Shown here one piece after another: positions 46,781 through 56,826 of a stretch of 64,000 nt of DNA. The stretch comes from Acidimicrobiia bacterium. Its GTDB lineage: Bacteria; Actinomycetota; Acidimicrobiia; IMCC26256; JAENVU01. Below the pieces are notes generated by a model that was given only the letters and a program-made list of their open reading frames with translations, was not told the DNA's origin and searched no databases. How positions within the stretch are numbered: position 1 is the first letter of the stretch; every line of letters starts with the position of its first letter. The stretch is taken from NCBI GenBank assembly GCA_036502405.1, contig DASXYP010000065.1:3687-67686 (forward strand). The letters are read 5' to 3'. The position numbers and the translations under genes are program-made.

Positions 46781-48412
46781 ATGGAGGCCCGGCCCACGCG
46801 CGCTTCGACGAGTCGGCCGTTCCCGACGACCGCCGTCCTCCTGGCTGCGGTCGTCGCGCTCGGTCTGGTGCTCCGGTTGGCCACGATCGTTGCCGGGAAG
46901 GGTGGACTGGGCGAGAGCGTGCATCCGGGCTACGACGAGTCGGTTTACGTCGGAGCGGCGTGGCTCGTCGGCAGGGGTGCCCTTCCCTACCGGGACTTCG
47001 TCTACGTGTTCCCTCCGGGGTTTCTCGTATTGCTGTGGCCGGTGACGAAGATCGCCTCGATCTTCGGCGGGCCTGCGCTCGCCGTCACCTTGGTGCGGCT
47101 CCTCGCGGCACTCGTCGGCGCGATCAACGTCTGGCTCGTCGGTCGGATCGGTCGCCGGTGGATGGGCGACGCCGGCAGCATTGTTGCCGCGCTCGTCTAT
47201 GCCACCGCGCCTCTCGTCGCGCAGACCGAGGCCTCGGCACTTCAGGAGCCGTTCGTCAACGTGTTCGTCCTGCTCGCGGTCGTCGTGTGGGCGGCCCGAC
47301 CTGACGCTGAACGCACGACCCGCCGGCTGATCGCCGCGGGGCTGCTCGTCGGCGCTGCGGTGTCCATCAAGCTCGTCGCCGGGATGTTCCTCGTCCCGCT
47401 GCTCATCGCGATCCCGTTCGCCCGCCCGGTTGCGGACCGTGTGCGCCTGGCCGTCGCCGCGAGCCTGCCCCTCGCGGTCACCGGTGCCGTGATCGCGCTG
47501 TTCGTCGGCTGGCACGCCATCTTCGAGCAGGCGTTCATGGCCCAGGTCCTGCGACCCCAAGACGGTGAAGGTCTGTCGCGCGTGGACTCCATGCTCCCGG
47601 TCCTGCGCGGTCAGCTGCAGCACACGGGCTTCCTCTCGAACCCGAGCGCGTGGATCGCAGTGTTGGTCTTCGTCACAGTGTGCGCCGGAGCGATCTGGAA
47701 GGGGGGACTCCCCGGCCGGCTCTGGGGGACGACGGGGCTCGTCGTCATGGGCGTGCTCATGGCGTCGCCTTCGTACTTCGCTCACTACGGGGTGCTCATC
47801 GCACCGACGGTCGCGCTCATCACCGGCTGGGTACTGACCCGCGCGTACCTCTGGCTCCAGGATCGACACCTCGTCGCGCCCGCCATCGTCTCGGCGGGCG
47901 CGATCCTCGTCGTCGCCGCGATCGGCTTCGCCCAGGCCGCGACTACGGTCGACGAGCTCCCGGTCGGCGTCACCCAACTCGGAGACCAGCTCAACACGAT
48001 CGTCCACGACCGCGGCCGACCCACCGCAGGCGCGGTCTCGAAGGGCATCCTCCATACGCCCGCCGACACATGTTTTGTCGCCGTGCGTCCGCAACCACTC
48101 CTCGACGCGAACCGCGTTCCTTCTGCAGACCGACACGGCCACGTGCTCCTCGACGTCTACGGCAGCGCGCTCGTCGCCGCGCGGCACGGACACCGGCAAC
48201 CGTTCGAGCTGCTCAGCGCCGCGTTCCCATCAATCCAACGCGAGATCCTCGAACAAAGCCGCGACTGCGAGTTCACCGTGTTCTCCCTGCGCCGCTGCAT
48301 CGCCGGCCGCAAGGACATCACGGCGGCAACCCAGAGGAAGCTGATCGCCGAGACCCGTCCATGGGCCCGCAACGGCTGCACCATGATGCGACGCCGAGCA
48401 ACCTCCAAGTGA
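46781..48412 (+). CDS. GT-C membrane glycosyltransferase (ArnT/PMT-like)
   Basis: YDESVY, PYRDF..FPPG, LQEPF, SIKL, YFAHY; multi-TM. Confidence 0.8.
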   Translation: MEARPTRASTSRPFPTTAVLLAAVVALGLVLRLATIVAGKGGLGESVHPGYDESVYVGAAWLVGRGALPYRDFVYVFPPGFLVLLWPVTKIASIFGGPALAVTLVRLLAALVGAINVWLVGRIGRRWMGDAGSIVAALVYATAPLVAQTEASALQEPFVNVFVLLAVVVWAARPDAERTTRRLIAAGLLVGAAVSIKLVAGMFLVPLLIAIPFARPVADRVRLAVAASLPLAVTGAVIALFVGWHAIFEQAFMAQVLRPQDGEGLSRVDSMLPVLRGQLQHTGFLSNPSAWIAVLVFVTVCAGAIWKGGLPGRLWGTTGLVVMGVLMASPSYFAHYGVLIAPTVALITGWVLTRAYLWLQDRHLVAPAIVSAGAILVVAAIGFAQAATTVDELPVGVTQLGDQLNTIVHDRGRPTAGAVSKGILHTPADTCFVAVRPQPLLDANRVPSADRHGHVLLDVYGSALVAARHGHRQPFELLSAAFPSIQREILEQSRDCEFTVFSLRRCIAGRKDITAATQRKLIAETRPWARNGCTMMRRRATSK

Positions 48413-48540
48413 TGCACCCCGTCGCGCTCGCGCCTGGAACCAGGCGCGTGCGTGAATGTCACCCTTCAGGATCGACGACATGGTGAGCGAGGAGTGTGGT
48501 CATCTACCGTGATGGTGTGGCAGGACGGACGTGGGGATTC

Positions 48541-48600
48541 GTGGTCTTGGCGGTCGCGCTCGCGATCGTCGTGCCCGCGTGTGACTCTCGTCGAGCTCGC
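48541..48600 (+). repeat. Imperfect ~60 bp direct repeat, copy 2
   Basis: Matches 46575-46632 with 4 substitutions and a 2-nt insertion. Confidence 0.85.
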
Positions 48601-48883
48601 GGTAGGTCCATGCTGGCCCGGGGTGCCCCGCACGATCCGCGCCGTGGAGGTTGCGTGCCCCGACTCCGACCGCCCCTGGACCAGCTCGACCAGGAGGGCG
48701 AGATGCGAAGCGCCCTGCGCCGGCTCCGGCGCCTGGGCTGCGAGCTGCCCTACGAACGCGACACCTCGGGTCTCGGCGCGCAGGTCGGACCGGCGAGTGT
48801 CGCGCATAGGCAGATCCTCGGCTGCGTGGTACTGGAGCGGTACTGGTCCGCCGGTGTTCTCCCAAAACTCTTCTGAAGATGGG

Positions 48884-49292
48884 GCGTAGTGGTGAGGTGG
48901 CCTGTACGCCGGATTCTGTGCCGGCACCTCGCGGTGCCGGTGGCGACCATCCATCTCGGCCGGCGGTTGCCCGACGGCTCCAGCGGCCTACCCGGAGGTG
49001 TGTGACGCGAACGCCACGCGGACGGGCCGTCCTCCTCCTGTCTGGCCTTGCTCCTGGTGGGGTTTACCGAGCCGCCCGGGTCACCCCGGGCGCTGGTGCG
49101 CTCTTACCGCACCGTTGCACCCTTGCCTGTGCGGACCGGTCGCCCGGTCCGCCATCGGCGGTCTGTTCTCTGTGGCACTGTCCTGCGGGTCGCCCCGACT
49201 GGGTGTTACCCAGCACCGTGCCCTGCGGAGTCCGGACGTTCCTCGGACGGGTCGAGCCCGTACGCGGTCGCCCGGCCACCTCACCACTACGC
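48884..49292 (-). ncRNA. rnpB: RNase P RNA (type A)
   Basis: Minus strand has GAGGAACGTCCGGACTCC, CAGTGCCACAGAGAACAGACCGCC, GGTAAACCCCACCAGGAGCAAG and ACAGAATCCGGCGTACAG; complementary ends. Confidence 0.97.
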
Positions 49293-49410
49293 ACCGACAG
49301 TCTCGCACCTCGCCCGGATCGCGCGGGCCCCGAAGTGAATTCGGCGTAGCGAAAGCGCCAACTCGGTGTGTAGTGTCACGCGGTCCAGGGAGGGACCGAG
49401 AGGGGCAAGG

Positions 49411-52400
49411 GTGAGTCCAGCGATCCGCGCGCGAGCCGATTCGCGCCGCAACGGCCGGGTCTTCGGGGCCCGGCGGTACGTCGTCCTCGCGATGGTCGTC
49501 GCCGTCATCGGGGCCTTCGTCGCGGTGGTTCCCCGTGCCGAGCGGGCCGAGGCCGCGAGCCTCCCCAGCGGGTTCACGTCGACCGCGGTCTTCAGCGGCC
49601 TGACGCTGCCGACGGCGGTGGCCTTCTCACCCGACGGGAAGGTCTACGTCGCCGAGAAGAGCGGCATCATCAAGGTGTTCCCGAACGCGTCGTCGAACAA
49701 CGGGATCGTGTTCAAGGATCTGTCGACCCGCACGTTCGACTTCTGGGACCGAGGGATGCTGGGCCTGACCGTCGACCCCCGCATGGGGAACGGCACCGGC
49801 CACGACTTCGTCTACGTCCTGTACGCGACGGACGCGCCTCCCGGCCAGTCTCCACCGGTCTGGCACGACGACTGCCCGACGCCTCCTGGCGGGCTGACCG
49901 ACGGCTGCATCGTCACGAGCACGCTGTCGCGCATCCCGGTCAACAGCAACGGCACCTCGGGCGCGGAGCAGATCCTCATCAGCAACGAATGGTGCCAGCA
50001 GTTCACGACGCACTCCGCCGGCCACCTGGCGTTCGGTCCCGACGGGAACCTGTACGTCAGCGGTGGTGACGGCGGCAGCTACGAGAACGCGGACTGGGGC
50101 CAGTTCGGCGGGAGCCTGCCGAACTCCCCGACGCCGGTGAACCCGTGCGGCGACCCGCCGGGCGGCAAGGGAGTGGCGAACACGTCGCCGACGGGTCGCG
50201 GTGGTGCGATGCGGTCGCAGAGCCCGCGCCGACCGGCCGGCGAAGCGCGCGTCCTGAGCGGCACGGTGCTCCGCCTGAACCCGGACACCGGCGCCGGCGT
50301 GTCGGGCAACCCGATGTTCAACGCGTCCAGCCCGTCGGCGAACTCGTCGCGCATCCTCGCCTACGGGATGCGCAACCCGTTCCGGTTCACCGTCCGGCCC
50401 AACACGAACGAGCTCTGGGTCGCCGACGTCGGCTGGGGGATCTACGAGGAGATCAACCGCATCCCGACGCTCACCCCGGCGAAGGCGCCGAACTTCGGCT
50501 GGCCGTGCGTGGAGGACCAGACGCACCTGTCCGGATACCGCGACCTCGACATGTGCAAGGCGCTGTACAACGACACCGTCGATCCGCCGACCGACCCGTA
50601 CTTCGCCTACGAGCACGGCCAGAAGGTCAACGGGAACGACACGTGCGGGTTCGCCGACGGGACCGCGATCACCGGGGTCGCGTTCTACACCGGGAACCGG
50701 TACCCGTCGAGCTACGCGAACTCGCTGTTCTTCGCCGACGACGTGCGCAACTGCATCTACGTGATGACCGCGGGAGCGAACGGTCTCCCGGACACGTCCA
50801 CCGCGCGCACCTTCGTCGACGACTCGGACAACCCCGCGCCCGTGGACCTCGAGGTGGACCCGGCGTCGAAGGACATCTTCTACGTCAACATCGCCCAAGG
50901 GACGGTCAACCGGATCTCGTACACCTCGTCGAACCGTGCGCCCGTCGCCTCGGCGACGGCGACGCCCACATCCGGTGCCGCGCCGCTCTCCGTCCAGCTG
51001 AACGGATCGGCATCGAGCGACCCGGACGGTGACGCCCTGACCTACTCATGGGACACGGACGGCAACGGCAGCTTCGGCGACGCAACCGGCAAGACGCCGA
51101 CGGTGAGCTACGCCTCGGGCGGGACCTACCACCCGCGCCTGCTCGTGACGGACCCCGGAGGGTTGTCGAACACCAGCAGCGCACTGACCGTCACCGTCAC
51201 GAGCGCCGCAGGCCCGACGAACACCGCCGCCCCGGTGATCGGCGGGACGTTCCAGGTCGGCTCCACGGTGCTCGGCGGGACCGGGACGTGGACCGGCGCG
51301 GCCCCGATCACCTACGTGCGCCAGTGGCAGCGGTGCACGACCTCCGCGGGCTCGACGTGCACCGACATCGGCGGCGCGACCGCGTCCACCTACTCGTTGC
51401 AGCTCGCCGACCAGGGCAAGCACATCCGCGAACGCGTCACCGCGACCAACGCCGGAGGCACCAGCTCGGCGGCGTCGACGCTGCACGGACCGGTCATCGC
51501 GGGGACCAACGCGCCGCCGACCCCGGTCATCGACACCCCGGCGGCCACCCTGACGTGGAAGTCCGGCGACACGGTGAGCTTCTCGGGCCACGCCACCGAC
51601 CCGCAGGACGGCACCGAGCCCGCGAGCCGCTTGTCGTGGAACCTCATCCTCGGACACTGCACGAACCTCGGATGCCACACGCACCCGCTGACGACACGCA
51701 CGGGGATCGCGTCCGGCACGATCGCCGCGCCCGACCATCAGGCGCCGTCCTACATCCAGCTCACGCTCACCGCGACGGACGCGTCGGGCGCGACGGCGAG
51801 CGTGGTCCGGCGCATCGATCCCAAGACGGTGAACCTGACGTTCAAGACCACGCCCGCGGGCCTCTCGCTGGCGGTAGGCGCGGAGCAGAGCGCGCCGGCG
51901 CCCTTCACCCAGGAGTGGGTCGTCGGCTCGCAGGTCCAGCTCAACGCACCGACCCAGCAGACGGTCGGCGGGACCGCCTACACGTTCTCGGGTTGGTCGG
52001 CCGGCGGCGCCGCGACGCACACCGAGAAGGCACCCGCGAGCAACACCACCTACACGGCCAACTACACGTCGGCGTGCTCGGGCTCGACGTACGCGTCCGC
52101 GGTCCTGGCGAACAACCCGTGGACCTACTGGCGGTTGGGCGACAAGAGCGGGACGACCGCGGCCGACGCGAGCCCCAACGCCCGGCCGGGGACGTACGCC
52201 GGCGGCGTGGGCCTGCTGAAGGTCGGCGCCATCGCCGGCGACAAGAACGCCTCCGTGTCGCTCGACGGTGCGAACGACAACATCATCCGCAAGGGCATCA
52301 CCAACTTCCCGACGACGGCGATCAGCGCGGAGCTGTGGCTCAAGACCTCCGACACCACGAAGGAGGCGGGGATCGTCTCGTACGCGGCGAGCTCGTCCGC

Positions 52401-52998
52401 CGACGAATTCCAGCTCCGCGATTATCGCAACCTCCGCGTCTACGTGAAGGGTGCGGTCGTGACGACGGGCGTCGCCCTCAACGACAACCAGTGGCACCAC
52501 CTGGTGGTCACGTGGAAGTCGAACGGCGGGTCGATACGGGTCTACAAGGACGGTGCGCTGGCCTACAAGAACACGATCCCGGTGCAGGCCGGCACGTCGC
52601 TCACCGGCGGTGGTGCGCTCGTCCTCGGCCAGGAGCAGGACTCGGTCGGCGGCGGCTTCGACCCGGCCCAGGCGTTCCTCGGCAAGCTCGACGAGTTCGC
52701 GCTCTACCGCAAGGTGCTCGCCGCGGCCGAGGCGAAGGCCGACCACGACGCAGGGGCCACTGCTCCGGTGTGCGGGGCGGCGAAGGCGGCGTCGGTGCGG
52801 GCGCAGTCCGCGTCGACCCCGCGGCTGGTTCCCGGCTCGGAGTTCCTGCCGAGCCTGCCGCGCGGCGCGACGAGCGTGAGCGCGACGAGCGGGCTGCGGT
52901 CGTCGACCACCGTGACGGGTGCAGCGGCGCTCGCCGCGGCCGAGCCGGTCGACGCCGACCACTCGTGGTTCTGCCCGCTGCTCGGGCGGCAGACCTAG
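49411..52998 (+). CDS. Secreted PQQ-dependent sugar dehydrogenase-family protein with PKD/Ig-like and LamG domains
   Basis: DRGMLG, FGPDGNLYVSGGDG, AYGMRNPFRF, EEIN, NFGWPC; SSDPDGDALTYSWD; YWRLGD, WHHLVVT, LGQEQD. Confidence 0.88.
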   Translation: MSPAIRARADSRRNGRVFGARRYVVLAMVVAVIGAFVAVVPRAERAEAASLPSGFTSTAVFSGLTLPTAVAFSPDGKVYVAEKSGIIKVFPNASSNNGIVFKDLSTRTFDFWDRGMLGLTVDPRMGNGTGHDFVYVLYATDAPPGQSPPVWHDDCPTPPGGLTDGCIVTSTLSRIPVNSNGTSGAEQILISNEWCQQFTTHSAGHLAFGPDGNLYVSGGDGGSYENADWGQFGGSLPNSPTPVNPCGDPPGGKGVANTSPTGRGGAMRSQSPRRPAGEARVLSGTVLRLNPDTGAGVSGNPMFNASSPSANSSRILAYGMRNPFRFTVRPNTNELWVADVGWGIYEEINRIPTLTPAKAPNFGWPCVEDQTHLSGYRDLDMCKALYNDTVDPPTDPYFAYEHGQKVNGNDTCGFADGTAITGVAFYTGNRYPSSYANSLFFADDVRNCIYVMTAGANGLPDTSTARTFVDDSDNPAPVDLEVDPASKDIFYVNIAQGTVNRISYTSSNRAPVASATATPTSGAAPLSVQLNGSASSDPDGDALTYSWDTDGNGSFGDATGKTPTVSYASGGTYHPRLLVTDPGGLSNTSSALTVTVTSAAGPTNTAAPVIGGTFQVGSTVLGGTGTWTGAAPITYVRQWQRCTTSAGSTCTDIGGATASTYSLQLADQGKHIRERVTATNAGGTSSAASTLHGPVIAGTNAPPTPVIDTPAATLTWKSGDTVSFSGHATDPQDGTEPASRLSWNLILGHCTNLGCHTHPLTTRTGIASGTIAAPDHQAPSYIQLTLTATDASGATASVVRRIDPKTVNLTFKTTPAGLSLAVGAEQSAPAPFTQEWVVGSQVQLNAPTQQTVGGTAYTFSGWSAGGAATHTEKAPASNTTYTANYTSACSGSTYASAVLANNPWTYWRLGDKSGTTAADASPNARPGTYAGGVGLLKVGAIAGDKNASVSLDGANDNIIRKGITNFPTTAISAELWLKTSDTTKEAGIVSYAASSSADEFQLRDYRNLRVYVKGAVVTTGVALNDNQWHHLVVTWKSNGGSIRVYKDGALAYKNTIPVQAGTSLTGGGALVLGQEQDSVGGGFDPAQAFLGKLDEFALYRKVLAAAEAKADHDAGATAPVCGAAKAASVRAQSASTPRLVPGSEFLPSLPRGATSVSATSGLRSSTTVTGAAALAAAEPVDADHSWFCPLLGRQT

Positions 52999-53435
52999 CC
53001 CTCGGTCGGGATCGAGCCTGCGGCGCGCGCCTGGCGCGCGCCGATCAGCCCACCGACCAGTCCGAAGACGGCCGCGAACAGGATGCTGCCGAAGAGCTGG
53101 CCGGCGGTGAAGACGGGGTCGGGACCGGTGAACAGACCCTGGGCCTCGCCGCGCGCCGCCCAGATGATCACGCGCAGGGGGATCCAGAGCACGAGCGCGC
53201 CGACCCCCGCGAGGAGCCCGTTCGAGAGAGGTGAGCCCGGTGCGCGGCGACCGGCGACGAGCCCGGCGATGACGTACGCGGCGAACAGTGCGATCGCGAA
53301 GAGCGGCACCCATCCGCTGCTGTCGAAGTGGTCGACCTCGTGGTCGACCAGCGCGCGGAGCGCGGTGAGCGGCACGATGACGAGCAGCCCGGCGACGGCA
53401 CCCCGTCCCACGGCTCGTGCATCGAAGGTCGCCAC
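52995..53435 (-). CDS. Hypothetical 4-TM membrane protein
   Basis: Hydrophobic; GLVAGRRAP..PLSNG, GGLIG. Confidence 0.75.
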   Translation of the reverse strand: MATFDARAVGRGAVAGLLVIVPLTALRALVDHEVDHFDSSGWVPLFAIALFAAYVIAGLVAGRRAPGSPLSNGLLAGVGALVLWIPLRVIIWAARGEAQGLFTGPDPVFTAGQLFGSILFAAVFGLVGGLIGARQARAAGSIPTEG

Positions 53436-53447
53436 GGAGTCAGCCTG

Positions 53448-54749
53448 TCACGCGGGCTCGGGCGCGGGTGCGTCACCACGCGCCAGCTCGACGACGGGCA
53501 CCCGCAGGCCGTCTCGCAGCACGCGGGGGAACGCGGCCCGGTCGCGGGCGATGATCACGGCGGCCAGCACCAGGTATGTGACGCCCACGGCGATGCGCTC
53601 GAGCTCACGGATGCTCTCGGGGAGGGCTGCGCCGAGGACGAACTGGGAAAGGAACAGCCCGAGCAGCATCAGCGCCTCCTTCACGTTGATCGACCGGTTC
53701 GCCAGCACTGCGACGGCGAACGCGGACTGCGCCGCGGTGAGGAAGAGCTCCTCGCGCTGGAGCGCGTCGAGCGGGAGCCCGTGCAACGAGGACGACGAGA
53801 TCGCGAACACGATCGGGAGGCTGCCGACGAGCAGGGTCCACTGGTTGACCTTCGACGAGAGCAGCGCGCCGAGGGCGGCGTTCGTGTTGAGCCGCCACGC
53901 GAAGAGCCCCGCGATCAGCAGCTCCGGCGCCTCCGATGCGAGCGGTGCCAACCACTGGACGAGGAGGAACTCGTCGATGCCGAACTGCGCGCCGGTGTGG
54001 ACGAGCGCCTCCGCGAACCCCTCCGCGCTGGCCAGGATCACCCCGGCGGCGAAGGCGAGCATCAGCCCGACAACGACCCGACGCTTCACCTTCGGCAGCC
54101 GGCCGATCAGCTCCGACGGACCGACGAGGTGCGGGGACTCGGCGGGCGCGCGGGCGATCCGCACGAGGTAGGCCACGAAGAGGCCGATCAGCACGACCGA
54201 GTCGAAGAGGGTGAGCGAGCGCTTCAGGCAGAGGGTGAGGGAGTAGACGGTCGCCAGCGTGAGGAACGCGATCTCGACGGAGTGCGACCGGTCGAGGTGG
54301 ACCTCGTCGTCCAACGGCCCGGTGTAGCTGCCGGCCCGGGCGAGCTTGCGCATCCGCCACGCGGCCAGCAGCACGACGAGTGACCAGCCCACGCCGATGA
54401 GCAGCCGGTTCCCGCCGGTCATGTTGGCCAGGGCGAGCGGGGCGTACTTGTCCGGGTTGGTCCCGGCCTTGGACGTGAAGACGAAGTCGACCGCGTACTC
54501 CGGGAGCACCGCGATGAGCGCGAGCACCGCGAGGGCGAGCCCGGCCGAGACGTCGAGCTGGAGGACCTCGGCCGCCCAGGCGAGCAGGAACGCCGCACCG
54601 ACCACGGCCAACCCGAACAGCACGGCCTGCACCCAGCTCGCCGGGCTGAGGCCCCCGAGGCGCAGCGCCAGCCCGGGGATCGTGAGCACGACCCCGCCCA
54701 CGAGTGCCGTCAGCTGTCCCCGGCGGTGGTCGGCTGCGTCGGCCTCCAT
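53448..54749 (-). CDS. Sodium:calcium exchanger (CaCA) family antiporter
   Basis: IAVLPEYAVD, ANMTGGNRLL, PLASEAPE, SSKVNQWTL alpha repeats. Confidence 0.9.
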   Translation of the reverse strand: MEADAADHRRGQLTALVGGVVLTIPGLALRLGGLSPASWVQAVLFGLAVVGAAFLLAWAAEVLQLDVSAGLALAVLALIAVLPEYAVDFVFTSKAGTNPDKYAPLALANMTGGNRLLIGVGWSLVVLLAAWRMRKLARAGSYTGPLDDEVHLDRSHSVEIAFLTLATVYSLTLCLKRSLTLFDSVVLIGLFVAYLVRIARAPAESPHLVGPSELIGRLPKVKRRVVVGLMLAFAAGVILASAEGFAEALVHTGAQFGIDEFLLVQWLAPLASEAPELLIAGLFAWRLNTNAALGALLSSKVNQWTLLVGSLPIVFAISSSSLHGLPLDALQREELFLTAAQSAFAVAVLANRSINVKEALMLLGLFLSQFVLGAALPESIRELERIAVGVTYLVLAAVIIARDRAAFPRVLRDGLRVPVVELARGDAPAPEPA

Positions 54750-54875
54750 CGAGCCGATCCTACGGGGGCCGCCCCGGAGCGCCGGGGTCGGCCCGGCCGT
54801 CGGCCTCTCAGGTCGGGCGGAATACGCGCCGAAAGAACGCCGTTGGAAGGTTCCGATTTCCAGAACGGGTTGCGC

Positions 54876-55130
54876 ATGATGGCACTACAGGGTCTTCCGG
54901 TTACCGGTGGCTGGCGGCAGCGGGCAGCCTGTCGCGGCATCGACCCCGAGGTGTTCCATCCCGGTGAGGAGGACGACCCCTCCCGGGCGAAGGCGATCTG
55001 CGCAGAGTGCCCGGTACGGGAGGCATGTCTCGAGCACGCACTCGCCGTGCGCGAGAAGCACGGCGTGTGGGGTGGGCTCACCGAGCGGGAGCGCCGGCGG
55101 GTCCTGCGCCAGCGACGCCGGTCCGCCTAG
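54876..55130 (+). CDS. WhiB family transcriptional regulator
   Basis: WRQRAAC, C..CPVREAC, GVWGGLTERERR. Confidence 0.93.
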   Translation: MMALQGLPVTGGWRQRAACRGIDPEVFHPGEEDDPSRAKAICAECPVREACLEHALAVREKHGVWGGLTERERRRVLRQRRRSA

Positions 55131-55247
55131 CCGCCGGAGGTCGCCCGGACTCCCGCGGTCCGGCGTTGCCCTCCGGAGGTCTTCCGGGCGCGGTCTGGAC
55201 CTCCACGCTTCGATCTTCCGGGGTCGGCGTTCTCTAACGTCCCCCTG

Positions 55248-56726
55248 GTGCCCCGCCTCCGGATGAGCCGCTCGACGGCCGCGCTCGGAGTCGCGCTCGC
55301 CGGTGCGGCCGTCGTGGCCGGCATGGCGGCGACGCGCGCGCGGCGCACGACCCTGCGTCCGGTGGTCGGTACCGGCGTGCTCGCACGCAACGCGCGGCTC
55401 GCCGGCCTCGGCGCCCGCACCGGCACCGGGTACGCGCTACATCGGGCCCGGCGGCGCTTCACCTCGGCCGAGCGCCGCGAGGAGCTCGATCAGGAGCACG
55501 AGATCCGGACCGCAGAGCAGGTTGCGGCGACGCTCGGCAACATGAAGGGCGCGCTGATGAAACTCGGCCAGATGCTCAGCTACCTGGACGAGGGGATGCC
55601 GGAGCACCTGCGCGCCGCATTGGCGCAGCTCCAGCACGACGCACCACCGATGAGCGCGGAGCTCGCCGCCTCGATGATCGAGCAGGAGCTCGGTCGCCAC
55701 CCGGACGAGCTCTTCGAGGAGTGGGACCCGGTGCCGATCGCCTCCGCCTCCATCGGGCAGGTGCACCGGGCGATCACCCGCGAGGGAGTCCCGGTGGCGG
55801 TGAAGGTGCAGTACCCCGGCGTCGCAGCCGCGATCGAAGCCGACCTCGGAAGCATCGGGATCGTCTTCGGCGGCCTCGGGCAGATCTTCCCGGGACTGGA
55901 TTCCGGTCCCCTGGTGGCCGAGCTGCGCCTGCGCCTCCGCGAGGAGCTGGACTACCTGCGCGAGGCGAGGCACCAGCAGCAGTTCGCGGACTACTACGCA
56001 GCCCACCCGTTCATCCACGTCCCGTCGGTGCTCCCGGCCTACTCGTCGGCACGCGTGCTGACGTCGGAGCTCGCCACCGGAGCTCGGTTCGCCGAGCTGG
56101 AGTCGTGGTCCCAGGAGGAGCGCAACCTGGCGGCCGAGGCCATCTTCCGGTTCGTGTTCGGCAGCCTGTACCGCCTGCGCCTCTTCAACGGCGACCCGCA
56201 TCCGGGCAACTACCTGTTCGAGCCCGGCGGCCGGGTCACGTTCCTCGACTTCGGCCTCGTCACGCCGTTCGGTGACGCCGAGATGGTGACGCTGCGGGCC
56301 CTCATCGAGAGCATCGTCCTGCGACCGGACCCGGCCGCGTTCCGGCGCGCGGTGGAGACGGCCGGGTTCCTGAAGCCCGGTGCGCCGGTGACCGACGCCG
56401 AGGTCGTCGACTACTTCGGGCACTTCTACGAGTACCTCCAGGAGGACCGCGCCTCGACGCTCGACCACGAGTTCGCGAGCGAGAACGTGCGCCGGGTCTT
56501 CGACGCCACCGGTCCGTACCGGGAGATCATGCGCTACGCGAACGTGCCGCGGGCCTTCGTCGTCGTGCAGCGGATCAACCTGGGGCTCTTCGCGGTCCTC
56601 GCCTCGCTCGGGGCGACGGCGAACTGGCGCCGGCTGGCCGAGGAGCTCTGGCCCTGGGTGCAGGGGCCGGCCTCGACGCCGCTCGGCGAGCTGGAGCAGG
56701 CGTGGCGCACCCGGCACGGTCGCTGA
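55248..56726 (+). CDS. ABC1/AarF/UbiB family kinase
   Basis: MKLGQ, ASASIGQVH, VAVKVQYPG, DPHPGNY, LDFG. Confidence 0.93.
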   Translation: MPRLRMSRSTAALGVALAGAAVVAGMAATRARRTTLRPVVGTGVLARNARLAGLGARTGTGYALHRARRRFTSAERREELDQEHEIRTAEQVAATLGNMKGALMKLGQMLSYLDEGMPEHLRAALAQLQHDAPPMSAELAASMIEQELGRHPDELFEEWDPVPIASASIGQVHRAITREGVPVAVKVQYPGVAAAIEADLGSIGIVFGGLGQIFPGLDSGPLVAELRLRLREELDYLREARHQQQFADYYAAHPFIHVPSVLPAYSSARVLTSELATGARFAELESWSQEERNLAAEAIFRFVFGSLYRLRLFNGDPHPGNYLFEPGGRVTFLDFGLVTPFGDAEMVTLRALIESIVLRPDPAAFRRAVETAGFLKPGAPVTDAEVVDYFGHFYEYLQEDRASTLDHEFASENVRRVFDATGPYREIMRYANVPRAFVVVQRINLGLFAVLASLGATANWRRLAEELWPWVQGPASTPLGELEQAWRTRHGR

Positions 56727-56826
56727 ACGCCGGGTGAAGAGACCGATGGCAACCGAACCCGGACCTCGTGGCCGGGGGCGTTTGGAGCCATAAAGCCGGG
56801 ACGCCGGACTGTAGGCTTCCCTCACC

